Virus record (IMG/VR): IMGVR_UViG_3300025072_002801
Source: a virus
Taxonomy: Duplodnaviria > Heunggongvirae > Uroviricota > Caudoviricetes
Length of the DNA stretch: 64,000 bases
Strand: one strand, 5' to 3'
Both the position numbers and the translations under genes were made by a program. Position 1 is the stretch's first letter. The number at the start of each line of letters is the position of its first letter. Positions 9,777 through 19,559 of this stretch are shown here, piece by piece. The notes under the pieces were generated by a model that did no database searches, had not been told where the DNA came from, and saw only the letters and a program-made list of their open reading frames with translations.

Positions 9777-12700
9777 ATGCCACCAGTAAAAAGATACGTA
9801 GATCAAAACGAATTAAGAAAGACAGCAGATTATCCCCATGCGGAATGGCCGTTTGAGGAATTCAATCCACTTCAAAGCAGAGTGATGGAAACGTATGATC
9901 ACGATGCTAGTTGTTTAATCGCAGCAGCAACTTCTGCTGGAAAGACTGTTTGTGCAGAAGCGTACTTGGCACATGAGATACGTGTGCGTGGAGGGAAGGG
10001 AATGTACCTTGGTCCTCTTAAAGCTTTGACTCAAGAGAAGATTGATGATTGGACAAATGAAAATCATCATTTTAAAGATTTGAAGATTTCAATATGCACA
10101 GGAGATTATCGTCTTACTGCGAGCCGAAAAAAAGAACTGGCAAATGCCGATTTGATAATCATGACGACAGAAATGTTGAATTGTCGTTGTCGTAATTATA
10201 AATCTGAGAACAATGATTGGTTGAAAGAAGTCAAAACAATTGTTGTTGACGAGTCCCACCTTTTAACCGTCCCAGGAAGAGGAGATCATCTTGAAGCTGG
10301 TTTGATGAAGTTTAGTGAGATTAGTCCTAACTCTCGTATTGTCATGCTTTCCGCAACAATGCCTAATGTAAAGCAAATTGCGGAATGGGTATCTTATTCA
10401 TTGACTAAAAATGATACAGACATGATTGAGTCTACGTTTAGACCATGTAAGTTAAATGTTCATTATGAAAGATATTGGGACGGGGCAAGAAGTTACCAAG
10501 ATAACGAATTATCAAAAGTTGGATCTGCCGTACAGATTGTGAACGATTACCCAGACGATAAATTCTTAGTGTTTGTTCATACGAAGAATACAGGAGAGAT
10601 GGTTAAGCGCGCCCTTAAAAGAGATGGCATAGAAGCAGAGTTTCATAACGCAGATCTAACCAAAGAGAAAAGAATAGACCTACAGAATAGGTTTAAGGAT
10701 AAAGGGGATTTGCGATGCATAATAGCGACATCTACTCTGGCTTGGGGATGTCACAAGCATGGTGATAGAGTGTTAATGGGGAATGGAAGTCTTAAGGACG
10801 TGTCTTTGGTAAAAGAAGGAGACACGCTTCTATCTCAGGTTGATGGAAAATATTTGCCTAAAAAGGTGTTAGGATCGAGGACTTTTAATGAAGATAGTGG
10901 ATGGTTTTTAAAGTTGGAAAGTGGCGAGAAGATGACGGTATCTGAAGATCATTTATTTTATAGTGCCATTGGTCGCAATTCTCCTTGCTGGAACAAAGTG
11001 TCTGATATTAAAAAGGGAGATTTTGTTGCAGTTCCAAAAAATTTAAATATTTGGAGCAAAAGTTCTTTTAGTGATTTTTGGTATTTAATAGGATTTTCAT
11101 TTGGAGATGGATCATTGTGTTTTGCTGGAAACCATGCAGATGGTGAAGATAAAATTTCACTGAACTTATGTATGGGAGAAAAAACTGATCATATACCATT
11201 TGTAAAAGGTGTTTTTTTTAAGGAGTTTGGAGTTAATTTAAGTTTGAGTTGCAATAAAGATGATGTTAATTATTTTCAAACAAAGAAAAGAAGTGTTGTT
11301 GATAAGTTTTCAAAAATACTTCCAATTGGAAGAAGGGATGGAAGTCATGACATTCCTAAAGAAGTTTATGAAAACAGCGAAAGAGTTTCGTGTTTTTTGT
11401 CAGGTTGGTTTGATGCTGATGGAGGGATGGAAGATCATGGGAATGGAAATCTTTCTGTAGGTCTGTCTTGCATTAGTGAAAAAGCTATTGAATCTTGCAA
11501 GTCTTTGCTTCTTGGATATGGAATTAGATCATCTTGTGGGAAGAAAAAAAATAAAGATAGAATTATAAATGGAAGGAAACAAAAGGCTAAAAGAGAATGG
11601 ATTTATCGTTTGAGAATTTATGGATATGAAAATGTTGTTGCTTTTAATGAATTTATAGGGTTCAAACATCCCGATAAAGACGAAAGATTGAAAGAGTACA
11701 TAAAAAGCATTGATGAAAACAAATTTTCTAAAGACTTGATCCCAGCAAGAGATCTTTTGTTAGATCACATTAAAGAAAATGATATGAAGCCAAAAGATTT
11801 TAGAGAAATCTCTGGAACTGATTTGTGGAACGCTGTTAACAAATCAGACTGCAATAGAAAAACTGTTGATAAGTTTCTGAAAAACACCGAAAAACGTTCT
11901 TCACTAAACGATTTATTTGATTCTCCAATTGGCTGGTCAAGGGTTGAAGAAGTTTGTTTGTGTGAAGGAGGAGATTTCAGAGAAATTGAAGTTGAATCTC
12001 CTCATAATTATGTTGGATGTGGAGCCATTTCTCACAATTGCAACCTTCCTGCTCGTCGTGTTATCGTCACAGGGGTTCATAGGGGGCTTTCTGAGGTCGC
12101 AAATTATGATGTCCTTCAAATGATTGGTCGTGCTGGAAGAGTTGGGCTAGATCCAATGGGGGACGCTTATATTTTGCTTCCAGAGAGTAAATTTGATGAA
12201 TGGTCAGAACGACTTCAAGTTCCAGAAGATATTCAATCCCAAATGCTGGACAAAGCCCCAGGAGGGCATCATAAGGTTTTGGCGTTCCATATCGTTAGCG
12301 AGATCCATCATGGAGGAATTCAAACGATGGAAGGAGTTCATGATTGGTATGAAAGGAGTTTGGCTCATTTTCAAAATAAAGAACTTGATGAAGAGGTTGT
12401 TGATAATGTAATGAATTTGTTGTCTATGTGTGGCGCGATAAAAGTTGAGGATAATAAATTCAAATGTACTTCTGTTGGAAAGATAGCAAGTATGTTTTAC
12501 TATTCCCCATTTGACATAGCGGATCTAAGAAAGTCTCTTACTGGAGTATTCAATAGCGGCAATGAGATTAATGACCTGTGGGTTTCAATGGCATTGGGGA
12601 ATATAGACTCTCATAAAATGGGAATAGTTAGCAAAGCTGAGAGGGAGGAAATGAGCCAATATGCTGGTTTGATTGGACGCATTTTTGGACCAAAAGTAAT

Positions 12701-13097
12701 GGAGCCAGCGATAAAGGCTGGGTTCGCTTATTTTAATTTATTGAATGGACGTTCTAGCAAATCTTTTGCCGCTCTACAAAGAAGTATACAGCAGGATTAT
12801 CCTCGCATGTCAGAGGTTTTGATGGCGCTCGACACAATGAGTTGTCGATGGGGCAAAAAAGACTTTTTTAAAAAAATAAGAACTAGAATGGTTTATGGAA
12901 TAGAAGAACATTTGGTTGGTCTTTGCGGAATCCCAAATGTTGGAAAGGTTCGTGCCACAAAACTTTACAAGGCTGGACTGACAAGCCCAGAAATGATTGT
13001 GGCAAATCCAGAGATAGTCAAAAAATCATTAAACATGAAGGATGATGCAATTAAGAAGATTGTTGCGGACGCTTCCAAAGCAATTGCTTCTGGGTAA
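9777..13097 (+). CDS. Ski2/Hel308-like SF2 DExH helicase (intein-containing)
   Basis: Q motif 'FNPLQ', 'AATSAGKT', 'VVDESH', 'SAT'. Motif V 'TLAWG|CNLPA' is restored after intein removal. 'QMIGRAGR'; C-terminal HhH 'IPNVGKVRA'. Confidence 0.92.
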   Translation: MPPVKRYVDQNELRKTADYPHAEWPFEEFNPLQSRVMETYDHDASCLIAAATSAGKTVCAEAYLAHEIRVRGGKGMYLGPLKALTQEKIDDWTNENHHFKDLKISICTGDYRLTASRKKELANADLIIMTTEMLNCRCRNYKSENNDWLKEVKTIVVDESHLLTVPGRGDHLEAGLMKFSEISPNSRIVMLSATMPNVKQIAEWVSYSLTKNDTDMIESTFRPCKLNVHYERYWDGARSYQDNELSKVGSAVQIVNDYPDDKFLVFVHTKNTGEMVKRALKRDGIEAEFHNADLTKEKRIDLQNRFKDKGDLRCIIATSTLAWGCHKHGDRVLMGNGSLKDVSLVKEGDTLLSQVDGKYLPKKVLGSRTFNEDSGWFLKLESGEKMTVSEDHLFYSAIGRNSPCWNKVSDIKKGDFVAVPKNLNIWSKSSFSDFWYLIGFSFGDGSLCFAGNHADGEDKISLNLCMGEKTDHIPFVKGVFFKEFGVNLSLSCNKDDVNYFQTKKRSVVDKFSKILPIGRRDGSHDIPKEVYENSERVSCFLSGWFDADGGMEDHGNGNLSVGLSCISEKAIESCKSLLLGYGIRSSCGKKKNKDRIINGRKQKAKREWIYRLRIYGYENVVAFNEFIGFKHPDKDERLKEYIKSIDENKFSKDLIPARDLLLDHIKENDMKPKDFREISGTDLWNAVNKSDCNRKTVDKFLKNTEKRSSLNDLFDSPIGWSRVEEVCLCEGGDFREIEVESPHNYVGCGAISHNCNLPARRVIVTGVHRGLSEVANYDVLQMIGRAGRVGLDPMGDAYILLPESKFDEWSERLQVPEDIQSQMLDKAPGGHHKVLAFHIVSEIHHGGIQTMEGVHDWYERSLAHFQNKELDEEVVDNVMNLLSMCGAIKVEDNKFKCTSVGKIASMFYYSPFDIADLRKSLTGVFNSGNEINDLWVSMALGNIDSHKMGIVSKAEREEMSQYAGLIGRIFGPKVMEPAIKAGFAYFNLLNGRSSKSFAALQRSIQQDYPRMSEVLMALDTMSCRWGKKDFFKKIRTRMVYGIEEHLVGLCGIPNVGKVRATKLYKAGLTSPEMIVANPEIVKKSLNMKDDAIKKIVADASKAIASG
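10749..12038 (+). mobile_element. Intein (430 aa) with a LAGLIDADG homing endonuclease
   Basis: Starts at Cys (CHKHGDRV), ends '...ISHN' followed by Cys+1; 'LIGFSFGDGS' and 'LSGWFDADGG' motifs. Confidence 0.92.
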
Positions 13098-13401
13098 ACA
13101 TTTCATGCATTGCCATGACAACAGCAGTGTTGGCATCCATGCCAGGGTTCTTCTTTAGAATTTGCATCATTCTAATTACGTGACGATTTTTCAATGCGTT
13201 TTGCCCTATGCTGTTAAGTCTTTTTGCAAGACGACGAAGTTCAGGGTCAGAATCCAAAACATGTTCACTGTCAGAATCATCTGGATCTAACTCACTAGTT
13301 TGCTTGCCACGAATTGATGCGGCAGCAGTTCCACTCTGAGCATTAGCAAGATGCGCAAGAGTGTCTTCTAGGTTTTCTAGGAATGTGGAAAATTTCTGCA
13401 T
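13051..13401 (-). CDS. Hypothetical protein with a capsid-targeting-like N-terminus
   Basis: Begins 'MQKFSTFLENLE'. Confidence 0.65.
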   Translation of the reverse strand: MQKFSTFLENLEDTLAHLANAQSGTAAASIRGKQTSELDPDDSDSEHVLDSDPELRRLAKRLNSIGQNALKNRHVIRMMQILKKNPGMDANTAVVMAMHEMFTQKQLLWKRPQQSS

Positions 13402-13416
13402 ATTTTATATATGCAA

Positions 13417-13740
13417 TCAATCCTCTTCTCCAAAAAAGCCTTCAGGATACTGCATTTTTACAATGCCATCACCTTTAGTCTTCTTCCCAGTTTTGGGATC
13501 TTCTACCCACCATTTGACCTCTTGAACATTAGGCGTCCAAGACTCTTCCTTTGCAGAACGAGGGTTGCCTTCTTTGTCGAATTTAGGTTCACTTGAAACA
13601 AATTCCCTTTCAAAAAAGCATTTATCATCTGGATAAACGGGCAAATTATATTTTTCCCCTTCTTGAAGAATGATTACTTGGCATTCCCCTTTGTTGCCAT
13701 CGTAGAGACGGCAATTTTTGCAATAAGGTTCTTTTGACAT
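13417..13740 (-). CDS. Hypothetical protein with an N-terminal CxxC
   Basis: GGAG RBS before ATG 13740; 'YCKNC...C...C'. Confidence 0.65.
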   Translation of the reverse strand: MSKEPYCKNCRLYDGNKGECQVIILQEGEKYNLPVYPDDKCFFEREFVSSEPKFDKEGNPRSAKEESWTPNVQEVKWWVEDPKTGKKTKGDGIVKMQYPEGFFGEED

Positions 13741-13811
13741 TTTATCTCCTTTCCTATTGATTTTAGTCATTATAACCGATTATAGTTATTAAGTACAAAG
13801 GAAATTTAAAT

Positions 13812-14579
13812 ATGGGCGTACAAAAATATGATCACGACAAAATAATTGCTCTATACGCTGATGGACTTTCCACAAGAGAAGTGGCAAGTGAAGTGGGATG
13901 CGGAAAGACTATTGTTTCCGAAGTGGTGTCAAAGTATGGAATATCTAGACCAAATCGTATTCGCACACATGTAATTCGTAAAAGGTCGCAGAAATGTGAT
14001 GAGTTCTCAGATGAGTTTTCTAAGTTTTTGGACGGTCTTTTAATTTCAGATGGTCATTTGACACGTCCGAGGGGAAGGGCTTTAGCCTCAGTTTACAGAC
14101 AGTCATGCGTCCACAAAGAGTGGCTTGAGAATTTGCTTGATGTATTTAAAGAAAATGGATTGAAATCAAGCGTGAAACCAGTTAAAAATAGATCAGATTT
14201 TGTGTTAGAAACATTGTCTTACGACAATTTTTACTCTGAGAGAAACAGGTGGTACATTGGCGAAGAAGGTGTCAAATTCGTTCCTAAGGACGTTGATTTA
14301 GGTTGCCGCAACCTTTTAAGGAATTGGATATGTGGTGATGGGACTAGAATTGATAAATGCACTTTGAGATTTTGTACGGATTCTTTTTCAGAAGATTGTA
14401 TTGATTTTATACAAAGTCGTTTATGGAATGGAAAATTTAAAAAAACATTTATGGGAATGAGTAAGAAGGGCTATCCAAAGTATCGCCTTTCATTGTGTAA
14501 AAGAGATGGTTTGCATGACTTTTTAGATTATGTTGGCAAACCAGAATTCAATTGTTTTGATTATAAGTGGATTAAATAA
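13812..14579 (+). CDS. Free-standing LAGLIDADG homing endonuclease with an N-terminal HTH
   Basis: 'FLDGLLISDGHL' and 'LRNWICGDGT'; HTH 'GLSTREVASEVGCGKTIV'. Confidence 0.8.
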   Translation: MGVQKYDHDKIIALYADGLSTREVASEVGCGKTIVSEVVSKYGISRPNRIRTHVIRKRSQKCDEFSDEFSKFLDGLLISDGHLTRPRGRALASVYRQSCVHKEWLENLLDVFKENGLKSSVKPVKNRSDFVLETLSYDNFYSERNRWYIGEEGVKFVPKDVDLGCRNLLRNWICGDGTRIDKCTLRFCTDSFSEDCIDFIQSRLWNGKFKKTFMGMSKKGYPKYRLSLCKRDGLHDFLDYVGKPEFNCFDYKWIK

Positions 14580-14580
14580 C

Positions 14581-15240
14581 ATGAAGATTATAAATTTTTG
14601 CGGACAACTTGCTTCTGGAAAAGACACATGCGCTGACTTTTTGGCAGGAGTGTTGAATTCTAAATGGTCAAATGAATGGCCTAGAACTCAAGAAAAGCCT
14701 TGGCAAAGAGTTGCATTCGCAAACGCTGTAAAAGATGTTTTTTGCCAAGCATTTAAAGAAGACAGAGCTTTTATTGAGGAATGGAAAAGGAAAGACGAAG
14801 TTCCAGAAGGCTTTCTTAAGCCAGTTCGTCAATCTTTGCAGTTTATTGGAGATGGATTTCGTGAAATAAGGTCAACTATATGGGTTGAATTGGCTTTAGA
14901 CACGGAAGATCCAATCATTCTATCTGACGGTCGTTACATTAATGAATTGAAAACAGTTACAGAGAAGGGAGGAATGAACGTCTTAGTTTGGCGTCCAGGC
15001 TTTGAGAACGATGACCCTAACGGCTCAGAGGCTCAGCTTCGCCCTCTAGTGGACTGGTGCAATGCAACTGACCAAGTTAGTGGCAAAATAGACTTAAGCC
15101 GCTCAGCACACAACTGTTGCGTTCCTGAAGGCATTCAGTACGTAGACATACTTCTAAAGAATGACTCAGATCTAGAGGATCTATATCGAAAAGTCAATGA
15201 TCATGTAGTGCCGTTTGTAGAAGACAAATTTGGCATTTAG
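14581..15240 (+). CDS. Deoxynucleoside monophosphate kinase (T4 gp1-like)
   Basis: 'IINFCGQLASGKDT', 'VAFANAVK', 'RQSLQFIGDGFR', 'SDGRYINE'. Confidence 0.8.
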   Translation: MKIINFCGQLASGKDTCADFLAGVLNSKWSNEWPRTQEKPWQRVAFANAVKDVFCQAFKEDRAFIEEWKRKDEVPEGFLKPVRQSLQFIGDGFREIRSTIWVELALDTEDPIILSDGRYINELKTVTEKGGMNVLVWRPGFENDDPNGSEAQLRPLVDWCNATDQVSGKIDLSRSAHNCCVPEGIQYVDILLKNDSDLEDLYRKVNDHVVPFVEDKFGI

Positions 15241-15288
15241 TGAGATGCAAGAGACGAAATAACTTTTACTATTCTTGGTTTTTTTAAA

Positions 15289-16134
15289 ATGGCATTATAT
15301 GAATATTTAACTATTCACGCCTACAATATACTCAAATCATTCATTGATGTGCAACTTGTTTTGCCGCCAGCAGGAAATGAAAGTAATATTGAAAATAGCG
15401 TGATATATGAAAAGACTTTGGCAGCAAATCATTCGAACTACATTGAACATGCTAGTCAAGATCGTGGCAAAGACAGTGTTAAGCAAGATTGTATTTATTC
15501 ATCGACAAATGAATGCTTGGAAATAAAAACCACTCAATCGACGTTTAACAAAGATGGTCGCATTTCTATAATCTGGGTTAAACAAAATGGAAAGAATACA
15601 TCTTCTGTTGAAAAATTGTTGAAATCCTGCCCAGACGGATTGTTGGTGTATATGAAGTTTAGCAAGCATAAGCGTAATGGAGCTTGTTTGGGATACGTCA
15701 ATAAAGATAGGCTGCTGGAAATAATTGCTGATGAAAGTAGAGGCAATAGAAATATTGACACTCCAACTATAACATTCTATGAACATGACTTTTGTTGGCT
15801 AAAAACAGAAAATAACATCCCAGAGTTTGATGCAAGTGCTGCTCATGAAGAAATGAAAGAACACATGAACAGGCAAGAGGAAGAGAGAAGGGTTGAAGTT
15901 GCAAACATTCTCAGTAGAAACAAAACGGGAAAGACGAAAAATTACAACCCAGGACCGTTTGATGACAACAAAGGAAAAGTATTAAGAGAAAAGAACAGAT
16001 CTGAGATTGAAAAATTAGTTGACGAAGGAAGAACAGATGATGAAATATTTGATCTAATGAATTCTCGTTGGGAGTTTATTGAAAAACATGCGGGAACACA
16101 TAGAGCCAAGTTGGTGAATCATGATATTAAATAA
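15289..16134 (+). CDS. Hypothetical protein, possible PD-(D/E)xK nuclease
   Basis: 'QDCIYSSTNECLEIKTT' resembles a D...ExK active site. Confidence 0.45.
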   Translation: MALYEYLTIHAYNILKSFIDVQLVLPPAGNESNIENSVIYEKTLAANHSNYIEHASQDRGKDSVKQDCIYSSTNECLEIKTTQSTFNKDGRISIIWVKQNGKNTSSVEKLLKSCPDGLLVYMKFSKHKRNGACLGYVNKDRLLEIIADESRGNRNIDTPTITFYEHDFCWLKTENNIPEFDASAAHEEMKEHMNRQEEERRVEVANILSRNKTGKTKNYNPGPFDDNKGKVLREKNRSEIEKLVDEGRTDDEIFDLMNSRWEFIEKHAGTHRAKLVNHDIK

Positions 16135-16516
16135 ATACGTGCCGAAGGGCTGGGGAAGCGAATTATGGATTGCCAATGGAAAAGAATACTGCGGCAAAAA
16201 ACTTTTCATGATAAGCGGACGTAAGTTCAGTGCGCATTTCCACAAAAGTAAGACGGAGACATTTTATATTTCAGCACCAGGAAGTGGAGAAATTTGGTAC
16301 GCTCAACTCCCAGAAGATATAAAAAATAACGCCCCAGACACAATGCGTGATTGGTGGGAAAAGAACAAAGTCGTCATGTACTTAAAGCAAGGCGACATAT
16401 TTCATGTCCCACGATACATGGTGCATCAGGTAATTGCTGAAACTGACTTGGAGTTTTTTGAATTCAGCACGCAACATTTCGATGAGGACTCATATAGAAT
16501 AATTAAAGGAAATTAA
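16121..16516 (+). CDS. Cupin-fold protein (sugar isomerase-like)
   Basis: 'PKGWGSELWIAN', 'SAHFHKSKTETF', 'FHVPRYMVHQ', 'EFST'. Confidence 0.75.
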   Translation: MILNKYVPKGWGSELWIANGKEYCGKKLFMISGRKFSAHFHKSKTETFYISAPGSGEIWYAQLPEDIKNNAPDTMRDWWEKNKVVMYLKQGDIFHVPRYMVHQVIAETDLEFFEFSTQHFDEDSYRIIKGN

Positions 16517-16530
16517 TTAAGGAAAAAAAG

Positions 16531-17019
16531 ATGTCAGTGTATGTTATCAAAATTCATCCATTTTTGCCAAACAGAGTTAAACTAGGACACTCTGTTGATG
16601 TTGAGGCAAGGTTGAGAAATTATAAAACAATATCCCCAGAGGTGTCTGTAATTAGGGAATATCAAGGGGGTCAAAATTATGAAGATTTGCTGCTTCGTGG
16701 CGTGCGTGAAAATGTGGCAGGGAGATATGTTTCTAATGAAGTATTTGAGGCAAATAACATTCAAGAATTGCTGGATTACGCAGACTCATTGTTTAAATCG
16801 CTGCCAACCCCAAAAGGGGAAGTTAAAAAGAAATTAAACAAGATAAAAAAGAGAGATAAAAAGGTGGGATTTTTGCAGCAAGCAATTGCAGAATCCGAAA
16901 GATTTTTTTCAGAAAAAGAAAGGCTTGAAAAGTTTTGTGAAATGATTGGCAAAAAAGTGTCTCGTGCAACATACTATCGTGCAAAACAAAGATTTGGATT
17001 AAGGGAAATTAAATTATGA
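16531..17019 (+). CDS. T5orf172/GIY-YIG-like domain protein with a C-terminal HTH
   Basis: 'VYVIK...VKLGHSVDVEARLRNY', 'SNEVF'; tail 'VSRATYYRAK'. Confidence 0.65.
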   Translation: MSVYVIKIHPFLPNRVKLGHSVDVEARLRNYKTISPEVSVIREYQGGQNYEDLLLRGVRENVAGRYVSNEVFEANNIQELLDYADSLFKSLPTPKGEVKKKLNKIKKRDKKVGFLQQAIAESERFFSEKERLEKFCEMIGKKVSRATYYRAKQRFGLREIKL

Positions 17020-17198
17020 AAACTAAAGCAGAGATTGCAAACGAAATTGAAAGTATGATTGAAAAGTTTGAAGATTTAACTAAAAATGACCACTATCAGT
17101 ACGAAATGTCCTATGGACGGGCTACTGGTGTGTTGAAGGATATTGGCGAACTGGTGATGTCTAACAGCGATATTGTTTTAGATTCTCTAAAGGATTGA
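17016..17198 (+). CDS. Hypothetical protein
   Basis: Overlapping start/stop within the operon. Confidence 0.55.
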   Translation: MKTKAEIANEIESMIEKFEDLTKNDHYQYEMSYGRATGVLKDIGELVMSNSDIVLDSLKD

Positions 17199-17215
17199 TT
17201 GTTTGGAGCCAAAGC

Positions 17216-17704
17216 ATGAAAACAGAAATCCTCATAGGAAACATAGCCAGCGGAAAAAGTACATACTGTCGCAAGCGTGCTAATGAAGGTGCTTTAATTA
17301 TAAATGATGATTCAATAGTCAATGCAGTTCATTGTGACATTTACACACTGTACGATGAAAATTTAAAACCACTTTATAAAGCTGTGGAAAATCAAATACT
17401 GACCTTGGGTTTGGCTCTCGGACGTGATATAATAATTGACAGAGGACTAAATTTAACGCCCAACAGTAGAAGACGATGGATTGGCATGTCAGATAGTTTT
17501 GATGCAGTGTGTCATGCTGTTGTTTTTGAATTCGAAGAACCAAGCATCCATGCTGAGAGGCGTCAAGGCGACAACATGCGTGGGCATGATTACGAATATT
17601 GGCTAGGTGTAGCAGATAAATTTTTCCATAAATATAAAAAGCCCACGTTTGAAGAAGGGTTCGATGAAATAGTTCATTATCAATGGCAAAAAAAGAACCA
17701 ATAG
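17216..17704 (+). CDS. P-loop kinase (polynucleotide-kinase/AAA_33-like)
   Basis: 'ILIGNIASGKSTY', 'IIIDRGLNLT..SRRRW'; GGAG RBS before ATG 17216. Confidence 0.75.
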   Translation: MKTEILIGNIASGKSTYCRKRANEGALIINDDSIVNAVHCDIYTLYDENLKPLYKAVENQILTLGLALGRDIIIDRGLNLTPNSRRRWIGMSDSFDAVCHAVVFEFEEPSIHAERRQGDNMRGHDYEYWLGVADKFFHKYKKPTFEEGFDEIVHYQWQKKNQ

Positions 17705-17955
17705 ACTGGAAGCGAGCCAAGCGTGACGAGACGCAATTGTCAAAACGTCGCATTTGGGAGAGCCGATGTAAAAGGTATCATGTCATTGAAGCTGTTGGCA
17801 AGTTTTCAGAAATGGGAACAGTTTTTTATGCGATATTCTTGCCCAACAAGATAATATCTCGACACAGGAAGAAATCGCCAGCACAGCGTGCGTGTGAAAA
17901 GCACTTAAACCCGCCGAAGAAGCGAAAGAGTAAAAAAAAGAAACGACGTAGATAG
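17683..17955 (+). CDS. Basic hypothetical protein
   Basis: ORF in operon; K/R-rich. Confidence 0.55.
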   Translation: MAKKEPIDWKRAKRDETQLSKRRIWESRCKRYHVIEAVGKFSEMGTVFYAIFLPNKIISRHRKKSPAQRACEKHLNPPKKRKSKKKKRRR

Positions 17956-17966
17956 GAGGCAAAATA

Positions 17967-18413
17967 ATGCCATACGTAGTAAATGATAGACGTGAAGATT
18001 TTGATCCTGAAATTGATCGTGTAGTTAATCAGATGCAAAAAGCAGAAATGGATGACCGTGAAGGCGATGCCAATTATGTAGTAAGCAGAATTCTAGCACA
18101 GACATTTGATCTTGAAGATGGAACTATACGTTACAAGCACATAAATCGTGCTATAGGCGTGCTAGAGTGCGTAAAGCAAGAATTGTATAGACGGATTGCC
18201 GCACCTTATGAAAATCAGGCGATAGAAAAGAATGGCGACATAAAAGAGTATAAAGATATGCCTATTACGACTCATGCAATTTTCAAAGAGTCTACGACTA
18301 TGGGTTATAATGATGAAGAGATTAAACAATTAAAAGAATCACTAAGAGACGTAGTGAAAGATGTTGAAAAAGGCGTTTCTAACATAGCAAAGCAAGTTAT
18401 GAAAAAGAGTTAA
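17967..18413 (+). CDS. Conserved-type phage hypothetical protein
   Basis: GGAGG RBS; 'MPYV...GVLECVKQELYRRIAAPYE..AIEKNGD'. Confidence 0.7.
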   Translation: MPYVVNDRREDFDPEIDRVVNQMQKAEMDDREGDANYVVSRILAQTFDLEDGTIRYKHINRAIGVLECVKQELYRRIAAPYENQAIEKNGDIKEYKDMPITTHAIFKESTTMGYNDEEIKQLKESLRDVVKDVEKGVSNIAKQVMKKS

Positions 18414-18417
18414 TACT

Positions 18418-18663
18418 ATGAAAAACAATGATGACGATTATGGCGACGATTTTGATTATGGCAAAGTGTTGACTGACAATTGTGTTAAGAGAATTTGCAA
18501 AAAATATGGACTTGCTTCTGAGTCAAACACAAGGGTTATTGTTGAGTGGATGAGAAATGAGCTTCTAATGGACCCACACAGCATAGAAAGTCTGTGGGAA
18601 GGTCTTGAGAACGGTGATGGCGAAGGATATAAAGAGTTTGCATCCTTATTCTTCGGACGTTAA
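18418..18663 (+). CDS. Acidic hypothetical protein
   Basis: ORF in operon. Confidence 0.55.
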   Translation: MKNNDDDYGDDFDYGKVLTDNCVKRICKKYGLASESNTRVIVEWMRNELLMDPHSIESLWEGLENGDGEGYKEFASLFFGR

Positions 18664-19559
18664 AGAGTGGGAAGTGGAATGTGATTTTCTGGCAACTTCT
18701 CTCCATTCCTGTCTATGATGGGGAGAGAGTTTGCTAGATCAAACCATCCAAAGATTGCCTCTTGTTCGTCTTTTACGAACAAAATAACTCTTGGGGCGTA
18801 TTTTTTTAAATACTGTCTCAACTCCCCTCCAGATACAATGTCATTTTGATCTTGGTCTAATTCTTTGCTTTGATTGGCAATTGCTAAGAACACCTTTTTC
18901 ATAGGCTCTGTTTGATCATGCCAATAGCTGCTGCGAGTTTTGTCTGAGCTTGCGATCATGGAGAACAAAGATTGCTGTTTGTTGTTTAGTGTTGATATTT
19001 TAGGAAGTCCTGCCTCTGCAAAGCAACTGGATTGCCACCATAAAGTCTCTTGATTGTTTTCCTCTGCTGCCTCTGCGAAGATTCTTGCAATAGCGTCCCT
19101 TCTTCCTAGTATTTGCACGCTTCCGTTTTTGTTGCCATGTCCAGTAGTGTAGATGACAAGGGTGTCGCCGTTTTTGGCACTTACTTTCATTTGTTCATTT
19201 ATAAAATCTTTAAGTCCATTTAAAGTTAATTTTTCGCCCCAAGCCACCTTTAATTCTCCGTCTCTGTCAACATGGTGTTGTCCAAGGTCGGTTATTTTAA
19301 GTCCTTTTGTTGCAGCGAAGTTTGCTGCTTGTAGAACGCCAGTGCTTTCGCTATCAGCTACTCTTTCACGACAGTGTTTAAGAACTATTATTCTTATGGA
19401 CGTATGGTTGCTTAGAGATACTGTTCCAACATAATGTTCTGTGGAATTGTCTGGTGTTTCAATCTCAAGGGTCGTTTTATTTTTGATTAACAACATTAAC
19501 ATTGAAGCTACAAGAGTTATCGTCAACGTAATCAACAGTGTTTTTTTAAATAGATTCAT
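18660..19559 (-). CDS. Exported or membrane-anchored caspase-fold (C13/C14-like) peptidase
   Basis: Hydrophobic N-terminus; 'TLVIYTTGHG' (His-Gly) and 'WQSSCFA' (Cys); EF-hand-like 'DQDQNDIVSGGEL'. Confidence 0.6.
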   Translation of the reverse strand: MNLFKKTLLITLTITLVASMLMLLIKNKTTLEIETPDNSTEHYVGTVSLSNHTSIRIIVLKHCRERVADSESTGVLQAANFAATKGLKITDLGQHHVDRDGELKVAWGEKLTLNGLKDFINEQMKVSAKNGDTLVIYTTGHGNKNGSVQILGRRDAIARIFAEAAEENNQETLWWQSSCFAEAGLPKISTLNNKQQSLFSMIASSDKTRSSYWHDQTEPMKKVFLAIANQSKELDQDQNDIVSGGELRQYLKKYAPRVILFVKDEQEAIFGWFDLANSLPIIDRNGEKLPENHIPLPTL

